From Obrimoposthia wandeli (Eukaryota): a stretch of 64,000 bases of DNA. The stretch's first letter is position 1, and every line of letters begins with the position of its first letter. Positions 10,989-21,097 of the stretch are shown in pieces. The notes beneath the pieces were generated by a model that did not search any database, was not told the DNA's origin, and was given only the letters and a program-made list of their open reading frames with translations. A program made the position numbers and the translations under genes. The stretch is from contig CDROCS010004219.1 of NCBI GenBank assembly GCA_977020255.1, positions 1 through 64,000 of the forward strand. The letters run 5' to 3'.

Positions 10989-12446
10989 TTAAATGGGAAG
11001 CCAGTGGTCAACTATCTTCAGGAAAGTATTATTGGATTTCAGTTTTTCAACTGCTTTAACTAATGAATCAAGCTCTTTTTGAGTAAGTGAAGATTTTTTT
11101 GAACATTGAAGCCATACAGGAAGTGTCTTAACATTGTATCCTGTAAAGCTGATATCATCTTGTAGTCCTTGTTTGTCTACTTCATAAATTAGAGTTTTTT
11201 CAATACCAACAAAAGCGTCAATTCTGCCTCTTTTTATCATCGCTGGTCCTTGTTTTTGCGTTGGTACTATTTGTTTTTCAACTGATGAATTATTGTACAA
11301 TTCAGGAAAAAAATTGCTCCCGCCATTGGGAAAACCTACCACTTTTATTTGTTTATTATCCAAAAAATCATCATAGTTCTCTATAGAAATACCCTTGCGG
11401 CTAATAACGGTAACATCTAGATCAAACATATAACTGACGAAATGGTAATAATCACTTTCAGAGTTGTTTTTAGTGAATATTGCGCAATCAATACTACCTT
11501 CTCTCAGCTGCTTAACCATACGGGGGTAAGCTGCGTAAGAAGGCTTGCCTGTAAAACCTGTTTCGTTGAGAATTGCTTCAGATTGCTCCCAAAAAACACC
11601 CGTTACTTGATCATCTTTTTTTATCCCCCAAGGTGCAAAACCAATAATGCCAAACACTATATGAGGAGGGAGAGACGCGGTAAGAGAGGGCGTATGCGCT
11701 CTTGTAATACGCTGGATTAAACCTTTATCTTTTACTTTTTTAAGTGCTAAATTAAATTTTGAAATAAAAGGTAGCATATTTAATGATTTAGATACTCCTA
11801 AGTAGTTTGGGTCCTTCTTGAAAGGCACTGGATATAAATAAAACTCATTTCTACGTGCGCTTAATTCTGGGTCACTATTAATTATATTTAAAGCCCCAAC
11901 CATGCCTGGACCGCTAACAATGGCTACATCAATACGATTACGAAGTAGTTTTTTTAAGCGATGAACTGCATTACTGTCTTCCTCTGTTATGAAATTTCTA
12001 TTTTTTCTTTTTTCAAATGCATCACCATATTTGCTACCTCTTTGTATTCCAACACGTTTGTTATTTAAGTCAGCCATTTTTTCAAAAGGAAATATGTTAT
12101 TTTTTGTGCCTAGTAATAATAATTCATCGTAGTAAACAACATCAGAATAATCGAATATCTTTAAGCGCTCTTGAGTTTTTGAAAGCCCAATAATTGATCC
12201 CCGACCAATCGATGCTTCTCTATAGGCTCTATTCCAAGGTAATAATTTAAGCTCTAACGACAAGTCGCTTTCTTTGGATATCGCAGCTAAAATATCAGGA
12301 AGTATGCCCTTAGCTTTGCCGTTTTCAGCGTAAATTTTAGGTGGTTTATATTCATTCCCAAAAACAAGTAACTCGTTTGCTTGGCTATTTGTGGTCACCA
12401 ATATTAAAAGTAATAATGCAATGCTATAGGCTATTTTCATGGTCAA
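10989..12446 (-). CDS. Secreted protein with two tandem family-3 substrate-binding domains
   Basis: Signal peptide; two ~230-aa SBP-like halves (EYKPP..LPWNRA..RIDVAI and GFAPW..YPRMVKQL..RIDAFV). Confidence 0.85.
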   Translation of the reverse strand: MTMKIAYSIALLLLILVTTNSQANELLVFGNEYKPPKIYAENGKAKGILPDILAAISKESDLSLELKLLPWNRAYREASIGRGSIIGLSKTQERLKIFDYSDVVYYDELLLLGTKNNIFPFEKMADLNNKRVGIQRGSKYGDAFEKRKNRNFITEEDSNAVHRLKKLLRNRIDVAIVSGPGMVGALNIINSDPELSARRNEFYLYPVPFKKDPNYLGVSKSLNMLPFISKFNLALKKVKDKGLIQRITRAHTPSLTASLPPHIVFGIIGFAPWGIKKDDQVTGVFWEQSEAILNETGFTGKPSYAAYPRMVKQLREGSIDCAIFTKNNSESDYYHFVSYMFDLDVTVISRKGISIENYDDFLDNKQIKVVGFPNGGSNFFPELYNNSSVEKQIVPTQKQGPAMIKRGRIDAFVGIEKTLIYEVDKQGLQDDISFTGYNVKTLPVWLQCSKKSSLTQKELDSLVKAVEKLKSNNTFLKIVDHWLPI

Positions 12447-13000
12447 ACTCCTTTATATCATTGAGTTTATTGAAATGATTACACTATTCCTTGATGTTTT
12501 GTAGAGCTATTATTCACTGTACTCATGTTTAGTTAGCGATTTTTTGAGAAATCCAGCCAATAGTAAACGTTAATAAGCGCCCTTTATATTCGCTAAACCC
12601 TTAGTAGAAACCTATTTTCGCAAACCCTAGAAACACCACATTTTGATTAATTAGAAAGTCATACTGTTTAAATATATTTTCATATATAGCTAAAAGAGTA
12701 AGCTACTCACCTTCATCGTACAAACGATACCTAGCCATATCTTAGACTTATCTCCCCTGGTATAGGCTAAGAATTTTTTGAGAAAATGATACCAATCTAA
12801 GTTAACAGATAATGAATAAATTTAGTCATTAAACCTTTTGTACTGCTTCGGCCTAGGTCTGATTTATACCTTTGCAAGCCAGTTATATAGAACTAAATAT
12901 AAATGAGCTTATTTTGGTTTACCTTCAACATATCTTGCTTTGAACAACTTGACAATCATGTCCCCTTTTAAAAGAAGGCAATAATATATACAATACCTAT

Positions 13001-13020
13001 TACCTACCACCTAGTAGGTA
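13001..13020. promoter_or_regulatory. Candidate TetR operator
   Basis: Perfect inverted repeat TACCTAC-N6-GTAGGTA, 78 bp upstream of the DsbA-like gene. Confidence 0.6.
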
Positions 13021-13098
13021 GTTTTAATTTAAACGACCCATACTTGGCATAAACAAGCTAAATTAAAGCAATAATATATTTTATAAATAAGGAAAATT

Positions 13099-13800
13099 AT
13101 GAAACACCAACTGTTCTACGTTACAGATACATACTGCTGCTGGTGCTTTGGGTTCAGTGAAACCATGGATAGCATAGCAAAAGAGTATACTGATAAGATT
13201 GATATCAACGTCATCAATGGCGGCATGATTGCAAATGATTTTTCTTTAGAAAAATTTTTTAGCCGCTTTCCCGATCCAATTGGTTTGCATAAACATATCT
13301 CTGCGACATCTGGACAACAATTTGGCTCCCCCTACCTCAGCTTAATAAAGAACTTGAAAGACTCCAATAGAAACTTAAACTCTAGTATCCCAGCTAAAGC
13401 AATCATCGCTTTCAAACAACTTGGTGTTGATGGTCTAGTCGCGGCTAAAGAAATACAAAATGCACACTATCTTGAAGGCATTGACCTACAAAAAATAGAA
13501 TCTTACAAAACCATTGCAAAGAAACTAAATGTTACGTTTGATCAATTCTCAAAGGTTTTTTCTGATTCTAAGACCACCAATGCACTGAATGCAGAGCTAC
13601 AACTAGTAAGAAAGTTACGCATTCAAGGGTTTCCTGCCATATTATTGAAAAACGAAAACGCTAGCTTTAGCGTAATTTCAAATGGCTTTCTTCCTTATGC
13701 TAAGTTAAAAATTGAATTAGATAATGCATTAGCTAAAGTGGAGAACGCTCGAAGCGCTCAAGGAAACACATGTACTTTAGACGCAGCAGAATGTAACTAA
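13099..13800 (+). CDS. DsbA/FrnE-like thioredoxin-fold protein
   Basis: DTYCCWCFGF (CxxC) and IQGFPAILL (cis-Pro loop); RBS AAGGA. Confidence 0.85.
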   Translation: MKHQLFYVTDTYCCWCFGFSETMDSIAKEYTDKIDINVINGGMIANDFSLEKFFSRFPDPIGLHKHISATSGQQFGSPYLSLIKNLKDSNRNLNSSIPAKAIIAFKQLGVDGLVAAKEIQNAHYLEGIDLQKIESYKTIAKKLNVTFDQFSKVFSDSKTTNALNAELQLVRKLRIQGFPAILLKNENASFSVISNGFLPYAKLKIELDNALAKVENARSAQGNTCTLDAAECN

Positions 13801-13823
13801 ATAAAGACAATTTTAGAAGTTAT

Positions 13824-13853
13824 GCCCCTCCATTCACCTAAAATGGAAGGGGC
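13824..13853. terminator. Hairpin between convergent dsbA-like and tetR genes
   Basis: GCCCCTCCATT-N7-AATGGAAGGGGC. Confidence 0.6.
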
Positions 13854-13869
13854 TTTACTATTCAGTTTT

Positions 13870-14430
13870 TTAGCGCGTAAAGTGTTGTTCTAAAATATCA
13901 TCAAAAGCACTAACAAGAGCTTCGTTATCATTAAAAATCCAACTGATCAGGCTCGCTCCCTCAATAGCACACATAAATGACATCGCTATTTTTTGAGGAG
14001 AGTAGGTATTTTCAGTCATTAATGGATCAGAGGCAATTATTCTCACTAGCCATTCAAGCTGAACTTCAAATAATTTACGCGATAATTCTTGCAGCGTAGA
14101 AGGTAAAGTTGCTCGCTCCGCAGCCATAGCACAACAAAGCGGAAGAATCCCCTTATCGTAACTATCAGTGAAAAGCCTTCGATAGCCAAGCAGCCTATCG
14201 CGCACTGTTTTATTTTCTTGTTCAATGGCTCCTAGAGATTGTGAGAATCGCTGTAAGTACTCTGTGATCAATACAATCCCTAAATCTTCTTTCGTCGGGA
14301 AATGATGATGTATGCTAGGTTTTTTTATTCCTACATGCTCAGAAAGATCTGCATAGCTAAATGCTGAATAGCCTCTTGTGCGCATTAATAACTCTGCGTG
14401 TTCAAGCAGTTTCGACCTAGTTTTATTCAT
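13870..14430 (-). CDS. TetR/AcrR-family regulator (NemR/AcuR-like)
   Basis: TRGYSAFSYADLSEHVGIKKPSIHHHFPTKEDL; CPxC-like LPLCCAMAAE region. Confidence 0.93.
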   Translation of the reverse strand: MNKTRSKLLEHAELLMRTRGYSAFSYADLSEHVGIKKPSIHHHFPTKEDLGIVLITEYLQRFSQSLGAIEQENKTVRDRLLGYRRLFTDSYDKGILPLCCAMAAERATLPSTLQELSRKLFEVQLEWLVRIIASDPLMTENTYSPQKIAMSFMCAIEGASLISWIFNDNEALVSAFDDILEQHFTR

Positions 14431-14595
14431 TTATAAACCTTAAATAACTTTCTTTCTCAGATGTTTTGGTGATCTAATTTTGCATTACACTGGATAATAT
14501 AGCCGATCATAACCAGTATAACTGGACTTCTCATCTTTCACTAGATAGCTATTGTGTATAAAAAATTAAGCTTCCTCAATTTTACTTGGACATAA

Positions 14596-14623
14596 ACCGC
14601 CAGCCTCTGAAATAGCTGGCGGT
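14596..14623. terminator. Isolated GC-rich hairpin
   Basis: ACCGCCAGC-N10-GCTGGCGGT; weak U-tract. Confidence 0.4.
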
Positions 14624-14751
14624 CAAATATTTAGCAAGTGACACCACTCTAGCCCTCATTGATCTGTAACACGTTTCATGAGCACGTATGTATAGGAACG
14701 TATTTAAAGTATTATGTTTTGTTGCTATCAACAGACATGGGGTTTGAATAA

Positions 14752-14967
14752 TTGAGTAAACTTATAAGAATACTTGGCAGTATCATAGGGTTATTTTTTA
14801 TATTACTGCCCGCATGGGTATATTTTTTTACCACTTCAAGTGAGGTACTTTGGACGCAGCCGATAATAGGTATCCTATTCCTTTTACATGGCTTTGGCGG
14901 TTGTAGCGTATTATGTAAGAAATTAACAAGCTATAAGAAGTATATAAATGGAGCGAAAAAACGATAG
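14752..14967 (+). CDS. Small two-TM hypothetical membrane protein
   Basis: Two hydrophobic stretches and a basic tail; no family recognised. Confidence 0.45.
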   Translation: MSKLIRILGSIIGLFFILLPAWVYFFTTSSEVLWTQPIIGILFLLHGFGGCSVLCKKLTSYKKYINGAKKR

Positions 14968-15260
14968 GAATCGGCAATCAAACTTCACAGTCAGGTCACC
15001 TTTTCAATATAAAAATAAAGAAACAGCAAACATGTTAGCTGCTGAATACATCAGCCCTACTCCATCTTTAGCGTTCATTTTTAATAGCAACATGACCGAC
15101 CCATTCACACATTTAAATTTCATCGCTCAAATCCAAACCCCTCTTTGCCAGCTGAACAACTGTTTCAATCTTCTTATATACTTATCTAGGAATTTATCCT
15201 ATAAATAATATTACAACCATAAGAATATCAACATGGATGTAATTTCTTTAGCGCAGTGAA

Positions 15261-17564
15261 ATGGTGTATGCAATGGCGAATAATAATAAAACAAATACCG
15301 AGCTGCTAATTGAAATTGAGCAATTACAAGCCGAGCTTTCATCTGTTTATCGCACGACTGAAGTACGCGCGGCGCAACTTTATGATATTGAAGAGCGCTT
15401 TGCTATCGCCATGCGCAGTGCGAGCGACGGCCTTTGGGACTGGAACTTAGAAACCAATGAAGTCTATTACTCAACCCGATGGAAAAGCATGCTTGGCTAT
15501 GAAGAGGATGAACTTGAGCCCACCTTGATGACATGGCAAACGCTGGTTCATCACGAAGAAGTAGCTGGCGTCTTGAAGAAAGTTGAGGATTATTTAAGTG
15601 GTCGAGCAGGCTATTTTGAAGTAGAAATGAGAATGAGCCATAAAGATGGGCATGATGTTTTTGTTCGCTCACGCGCATTTAAAGTGGTGAATGATTTAAC
15701 AGGAACCCCCATACGTTTAATTGGTACGCACGTTGATATTACCTCTGCAAAAAAAGCCGAGCAGTTCGATAAAAGACATACCAAAATCATTGAGATGATA
15801 GCTAAAGGGGATGAAGCTTCTGAGGTGTATGATGAGATCGCTTTTTTGTATGAGGAGCGTCATCCAGGCTTGCGCTGTTCAATGCTTGAGTTAGATGGCA
15901 ATACCTTATGGCATGGAGCCGCACCTAGCCTTCCAACTGAATATAATGAAGCGGTAAATGGTTTAGTTAATGGCCCTAACATTGGCTCTTGCGGCACCTC
16001 CACTTATTCTGGTAAACGCGTATTGGTACAAAATATTGAAACCGATTCAAAATGGGTAGACTTAAAAGAGGTAGCTCTACCCCATGGCATGCGCTGCTGC
16101 TGGTCTGAGCCTATTAAAAGCTCATCAGGTAAAATTCTCGGCGCTTTTGGGATGTATTTTGACTATCCAGCTTTACCTAATGAAGAGCAATCAAACGATC
16201 TTATATCAGCCTCTAGACTCACCGGCATTGTAATGGAGCGCGAGAAAAATCAAAAACGTATTCGCGACTTAGCCTATAAAGATAAACTGACAGGCCTTGC
16301 CAGTCGGGCACATTTTTATCTAAAAGTTGAAGAAATAATAAAAACTTCAACCGCACAAAACCGAAAATTTAGTTTGTTCTATATCGACTTAGATAACTTT
16401 AAAAGCATTAACGATAGCCTAGGGCACGATGTAGGCGATTTACTACTCAAAGAAGTAGCGCTTCGCTTAAAGAGTGCTTGTCGTGAAGTGGATTACATCG
16501 CCCGTCTTAGTGGCGATGAGTTTTGCATTATTGTTCACGATATAAATGATGATTACAGTGTCAGCGATATCGCTCAACGTTGTCTCGACTCAGTATCTAC
16601 CCCTGTAGAATTTGTCGACAGTAAATTTATCCCAGCATGTAGTATTGGCATATCGAACTTCCCTGAACACGCAAATGATGTGCAAACCATCTTAAAAACA
16701 GCCGACACTGCTTTGTACTCAGCAAAAGACTTAGGTAAAGGCTGCTTTGTGTTTTATCAAGAAGAAATGACACGCAAAGCTGAATACCGATTTCAGATGG
16801 AACAATACTTAAGAGAAGCGATAGAAAAACAAGAACTGTCAATCGTTTACCAGCCGAAAATAAACATGATCACGGGCGCTATCGAGGGTGTCGAAGCGTT
16901 ATCGCGCTGGTACCATCCCCAGCTTGGGCAAGTTCCTCCGGTTGAATTTATCCGCATAGCTGAACAAATAGGTATGATTAAGACATTGACTGCATGGGTT
17001 TTAAAAACGGCTTGTCATCAGCTACAACAATGGAAAAACTCAGGTTTTCAATCGATACGGATGGCTGTAAACATCTCTCCTACACATTTTCTGGACAGTG
17101 AGCTGGCACCGCTGGTTAAAAGTATTCTCAATGAAACAGGCATCGTAGCGAGCGAACTTGAGCTCGAAGTGACAGAAGGCGTTGTACAAACCAACATAGA
17201 GAACCTAAATGCTTTTGAGCGAGTAAAGGCGCTGGGAGTTTGGTTATCAATCGATGATTTTGGTACCGGTTATTCCTCTTTGGCCTCACTAAAACACTTC
17301 ACTGTCAACTTTCTAAAGATAGATAAGTATTTTGTAGATGAGCTACTTACTGATAAAAAATCCTATATTTTGATTAAATCTATGATCCAATTAGGCCATA
17401 GCTTAGGCTATAAAATAACGGCGGAAGGTGTTGAAAAACCTGAACAACTCAGCATGTTGAAAGAGTTAGGGTGCGATTCAGCTCAAGGGTACTTCTACAA
17501 AAGACCCTGCGGCCATCAAGGCATATCAGCACTTTTATCTAAAGAACAATTAATGGGTGGATGA
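15261..17564 (+). CDS. Cytoplasmic PAS-GAF-GGDEF-EAL protein
   Basis: PAS3 (GLWDWNLETNEV), GAF (GSCGTS, CWSEPIK), SGDEF variant with REVD I-site, EAL, DDFGTGYSS. Confidence 0.95.
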   Translation: MVYAMANNNKTNTELLIEIEQLQAELSSVYRTTEVRAAQLYDIEERFAIAMRSASDGLWDWNLETNEVYYSTRWKSMLGYEEDELEPTLMTWQTLVHHEEVAGVLKKVEDYLSGRAGYFEVEMRMSHKDGHDVFVRSRAFKVVNDLTGTPIRLIGTHVDITSAKKAEQFDKRHTKIIEMIAKGDEASEVYDEIAFLYEERHPGLRCSMLELDGNTLWHGAAPSLPTEYNEAVNGLVNGPNIGSCGTSTYSGKRVLVQNIETDSKWVDLKEVALPHGMRCCWSEPIKSSSGKILGAFGMYFDYPALPNEEQSNDLISASRLTGIVMEREKNQKRIRDLAYKDKLTGLASRAHFYLKVEEIIKTSTAQNRKFSLFYIDLDNFKSINDSLGHDVGDLLLKEVALRLKSACREVDYIARLSGDEFCIIVHDINDDYSVSDIAQRCLDSVSTPVEFVDSKFIPACSIGISNFPEHANDVQTILKTADTALYSAKDLGKGCFVFYQEEMTRKAEYRFQMEQYLREAIEKQELSIVYQPKINMITGAIEGVEALSRWYHPQLGQVPPVEFIRIAEQIGMIKTLTAWVLKTACHQLQQWKNSGFQSIRMAVNISPTHFLDSELAPLVKSILNETGIVASELELEVTEGVVQTNIENLNAFERVKALGVWLSIDDFGTGYSSLASLKHFTVNFLKIDKYFVDELLTDKKSYILIKSMIQLGHSLGYKITAEGVEKPEQLSMLKELGCDSAQGYFYKRPCGHQGISALLSKEQLMGG

Positions 17565-18206
17565 TTTTAAAATCAGCTCTCAGACAAATAACTGCGCCTC
17601 TACTGAGCACTTTAGATAAACATAAACTTTTATATCGAACCTCTTACCAGACTGATTAAGTTCAAACTAAGCATAAGAAACCGCTGCCAACAAAAAATCA
17701 ATGGCAATACTCTCTCGGTAATAGGGCTCGACTGCTTAGATAAAACCAGCCTAATTGATATCAAGTCGGCTATTTATCACGAGAGTCAGTTTTTATAAAA
17801 ATAGAAAGTAAGCCGTAGCGCAGCCTTACTGATCATAAAACCATATAGGCGCTCTACTTACTGCGAGATGCAAGTTTGACATAACTCAAAACTAGAATGA
17901 GCTTACATGTACCATCATGAGACCTGTGCATATACTTGAGCAGAGTAATCAGTCTTGTGTGTACTAAAAATTTTTTAATGGGGGATTAAAGCTCTGTGTC
18001 ACAACCTTCTTGCATCTAAATTGACTAACAAAGGCGTGATTGGCAAACGCTAGTCTCGTGACTAAAAAGCAGAAACTTTCAATCGCTTTATTGCCTATAA
18101 CCCCCCGCGATTAATCGTCAATTTTACTAGATTGATATATTGCTTTTTTACAACTATATTAAATACTTAATGTATAGAATTGAGTTAATAGCAAGGTATC
18201 GACACT

Positions 18207-19013
18207 ATGTATTCTAAGGACGAAATTTTAAATAGAAATAATGTAACAATTATTGGTAAAGGCAATAAAACACTGCTGCTTGCACACGGTTTTGGCTGCG
18301 ATCAAAATATGTGGCGCTTCATTACCCCTTTACTCACTGATGAATATAAAATTGTGTTATTTGATTATGTCGGTTCTGGTGAATCTGACTTATCGCATTA
18401 CGATAAAGATCGTTATAGCTCCCTTGAAGGTTATACCCAAGATATTGTCGACATATGTCACGCACTCGAATTGCAAGATGTTATTTTTGTTGGACATTCT
18501 GTGAGCAGTATTATTGGTGCATTAGCGTCCATTCAATCTCCTCAATCCTTCTCACGACTTGTCATGGTTTGTCCTTCTCCTTGTTTCTTAAATTTACCGC
18601 CTGACTATTTTGGCGGTTTTGATAAAGAAGATTTAGAAGAGCTCTTAAATATAATGGATAAAAACTATATCGGATGGGCAGACTACCTAGCCCCTTTGGT
18701 GATGGGTACTAATTATTCAACAGATTTGATAAGTGAGTTATCCAGTAGTTTTTGCTCTACAGACCCCGTGATAGCCAAGAACTTTGCTAAAGCGACTTTC
18801 TTTTCTGATTACCGGCATATATTGAAAAATATAAAACATCCGTGCTTGATTTTTCAAAGTAGTAATGACGCATTGGCTGCAATTCAAATTGGTGAATACA
18901 TGTGTGACCAAATAGCTAATTCACAACTACAAATAGTGGATGCGGAAGGGCATTGTCTGCATATGACTGCACCCGAAGCTATAGCAACATGTATCATCCA
19001 ATATGTTAAATAA
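18207..19013 (+). CDS. rsbQ: RsbQ/KAI2-like alpha/beta hydrolase
   Basis: AHGFGCDQNMWR, VLFDYVGSG, GHSVS nucleophile, SPCF, EGHCLHM; family-level call. Confidence 0.88.
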   Translation: MYSKDEILNRNNVTIIGKGNKTLLLAHGFGCDQNMWRFITPLLTDEYKIVLFDYVGSGESDLSHYDKDRYSSLEGYTQDIVDICHALELQDVIFVGHSVSSIIGALASIQSPQSFSRLVMVCPSPCFLNLPPDYFGGFDKEDLEELLNIMDKNYIGWADYLAPLVMGTNYSTDLISELSSSFCSTDPVIAKNFAKATFFSDYRHILKNIKHPCLIFQSSNDALAAIQIGEYMCDQIANSQLQIVDAEGHCLHMTAPEAIATCIIQYVK

Positions 19014-19028
19014 TTACAAGAAACTATA

Positions 19029-19934
19029 ATGACTGACTATTTTTCGATTGATAATTTCCCTTGCGGTGGGCTTGTTATCGATGTAGATGGGATGATTGTT
19101 TACTCTAATATTTATTTAGATCGTGAATTCGGTTGGTCAGCGGATGCTCTTATAGGTGAGCGGATCGATAAAATATTAACCCGCTCTTCTAAAATATTTT
19201 ATCAAAGCTATCTAAAGCCTATGTTAATACATGATAAAAAATGTGAAGAATTACAACTAACGATCATAAATCCTCAAGGTGTTCGAATCCCTACTGTTGT
19301 TAACGTTAGTCTTGATGAATCAGGGGTGGCTTATTGGAGCCTCTTTAACGCCTCTAAAAGAGACAAACTCTATGAAGAACTTATCAATACGCGGGAACAA
19401 CTTGAATCGCAGGCACTGGCTCTAAAAAAGTTGGCTTCAATTGACGAATTAACAGGGTTGTTGAATAGAAGAGAAATGATAAGTCGCTCAACTATCTTAC
19501 TTGAACAGGCTGCTAGATCAGAATTTGTCGTTTGTTTTTTAATGCTAGATATAGACCATTTTAAAAAGATTAATGACAGTCATGGACACGCAGAAGGTGA
19601 CAGGGTGTTAAGATCATTAGGTCAATGTTTAAGTAATTTTGCTAGGAAGACCGATTTAGTTTCCCGTTATGGAGGAGAGGAGTTTTTATTAGTATTTCCC
19701 GATACAGATGTTGATAGAACAATGATGTTATCGCAGCGTCTTCATGAAGAAATATCTACTATAGTGATCGAAGACAAGTCTCTTACGGTCAGTATAGGAA
19801 TAGCGACCAATAACAAATCAAACTGCTCTTTTGATGAAATCTTTAATAAAGCAGATATCGCGTTATATAAAGCCAAAAGCTCAGGTCGAAATAGAACTCA
19901 ATTATATGTCCCAAGCAATGACTCTACACTGTGA
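19029..19934 (+). CDS. RsbP-type PAS domain fused to a diguanylate cyclase
   Basis: KIFYQSYLKPML..CEELQL PAS; DELTGLLNRR; RKTD I-site; GGEEF; 15 bp after rsbQ. Confidence 0.9.
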   Translation: MTDYFSIDNFPCGGLVIDVDGMIVYSNIYLDREFGWSADALIGERIDKILTRSSKIFYQSYLKPMLIHDKKCEELQLTIINPQGVRIPTVVNVSLDESGVAYWSLFNASKRDKLYEELINTREQLESQALALKKLASIDELTGLLNRREMISRSTILLEQAARSEFVVCFLMLDIDHFKKINDSHGHAEGDRVLRSLGQCLSNFARKTDLVSRYGGEEFLLVFPDTDVDRTMMLSQRLHEEISTIVIEDKSLTVSIGIATNNKSNCSFDEIFNKADIALYKAKSSGRNRTQLYVPSNDSTL

Positions 19935-20089
19935 CTTACATCTAAAACATGACGAAAATGGTACTCGAATCTAGCACTATACAAACACAAGAAATTCATT
20001 TTAAATGCTATCATATTGATTAAAATAAAGAATTAATAATACTACTTGCCGGGTATTATGCATGCACTCAATGATCAGGAGGATCGGGC

Positions 20090-21004
20090 ATGAAGAGTTC
20101 GTATCAGTTTTTAAGCCTCGTTCTTGACTCAATAACGGAGCATATTGTTGTCATTGATGAAATGGGTGAGATTCAATTTGTAAATAAAAGCTGGTCAGCA
20201 TTTGGCAACAATAACGCAGGTGTTACTAGTGATGATTGGAGCGGTGTAAACTACCTAAATGAGTGTGACAAGGCGTCTGCCATGGGGGATAAATTTGCGA
20301 CACAGGCAGGGACTGGCATTAGGAATGTTATAAAAAACCGAGAAAAAATCTTTTATTTTGAATACCCTTGCCACAGCCCTGCTGAAAAACGCTGGTTTAT
20401 TATGCGTGTTACTCCTTTTCAAATTTCTGCTCAGAGCTATTTTGTTATTTCTCACCAAAATATTACCCAAAGAAAATTAGCAGAACAAGAGGTGCAAAAC
20501 CAAGCGAGATTAGACGGCCTCACTAACATTGCAAACCGCCGCGCCTTTGATACATTTGTTCATGATGAATGGCGTCGGTGCTACAGGCTCAAGAAGCCAA
20601 TTTGCTTGGCTATAGTAGATATAGATTATTTCAAATTACTAAATGATGATTACGGTCACCAAGCGGGTGATAATTGCTTAGTTAAAGTGGCAGAGTTACT
20701 TGAGGGGTTTGCTAATAGACCCGGTGACATTTTTGCAAGATATGGTGGCGATGAGTTTGTGCTGGTATGGGGAGACACGTCTCTTGAGCAGGCTAAGCTA
20801 CTATCACAAGGGTTATTAAAGAAGATTTTTGGTCTAAGCATTCAAAATAAAAACTCACCCATAAATAGCTATTTAACAGCCAGTATTGGTTTAGCGGAGA
20901 TGATTCCAACTCATGAAAATGAAGCACAAAAATTAATCGCTAAAGCAGATAAAATGCTCTATATCGCAAAAGATAAAGGGAGAGATAGGGTCGTAAGTAA
21001 ATAG
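20090..21004 (+). CDS. PAS-GGDEF diguanylate cyclase
   Basis: PAS with YPCHSP..RWF; DGLTNIANRR; RPGD I-site; GGDEF; RBS AGGAGG. Confidence 0.93.
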   Translation: MKSSYQFLSLVLDSITEHIVVIDEMGEIQFVNKSWSAFGNNNAGVTSDDWSGVNYLNECDKASAMGDKFATQAGTGIRNVIKNREKIFYFEYPCHSPAEKRWFIMRVTPFQISAQSYFVISHQNITQRKLAEQEVQNQARLDGLTNIANRRAFDTFVHDEWRRCYRLKKPICLAIVDIDYFKLLNDDYGHQAGDNCLVKVAELLEGFANRPGDIFARYGGDEFVLVWGDTSLEQAKLLSQGLLKKIFGLSIQNKNSPINSYLTASIGLAEMIPTHENEAQKLIAKADKMLYIAKDKGRDRVVSK

Positions 21005-21097
21005 ATGCATAACATAATAAGTGAATGTTAGTTTATTAATAACACATTACTTAATGTCGTATTCGTTTACTACGCTAGTTTGTCTAATCTGTTATAT

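Noticed and set aside
14596-14623. Hairpin as an IS200/IS605 end
   Set aside because: No tnpA/tnpB remnant nearby; kept only as a terminator-like hairpin.
14948-15208. 86-aa ORF between the small membrane gene and the PAS-GAF gene
   Set aside because: Overlaps the previous gene and has no recognisable features.
17590-17765. Possible decayed GNAT on the minus strand (AVEPYYRESIAIDFLLAAV)
   Set aside because: Weak resemblance with multiple stops; needs BLASTX.
18040-18075. GGCAAAC suggesting a c-di-GMP-I riboswitch upstream of rsbQ
   Set aside because: No GNRA-capped P2 or GACGCAAAG continuation.
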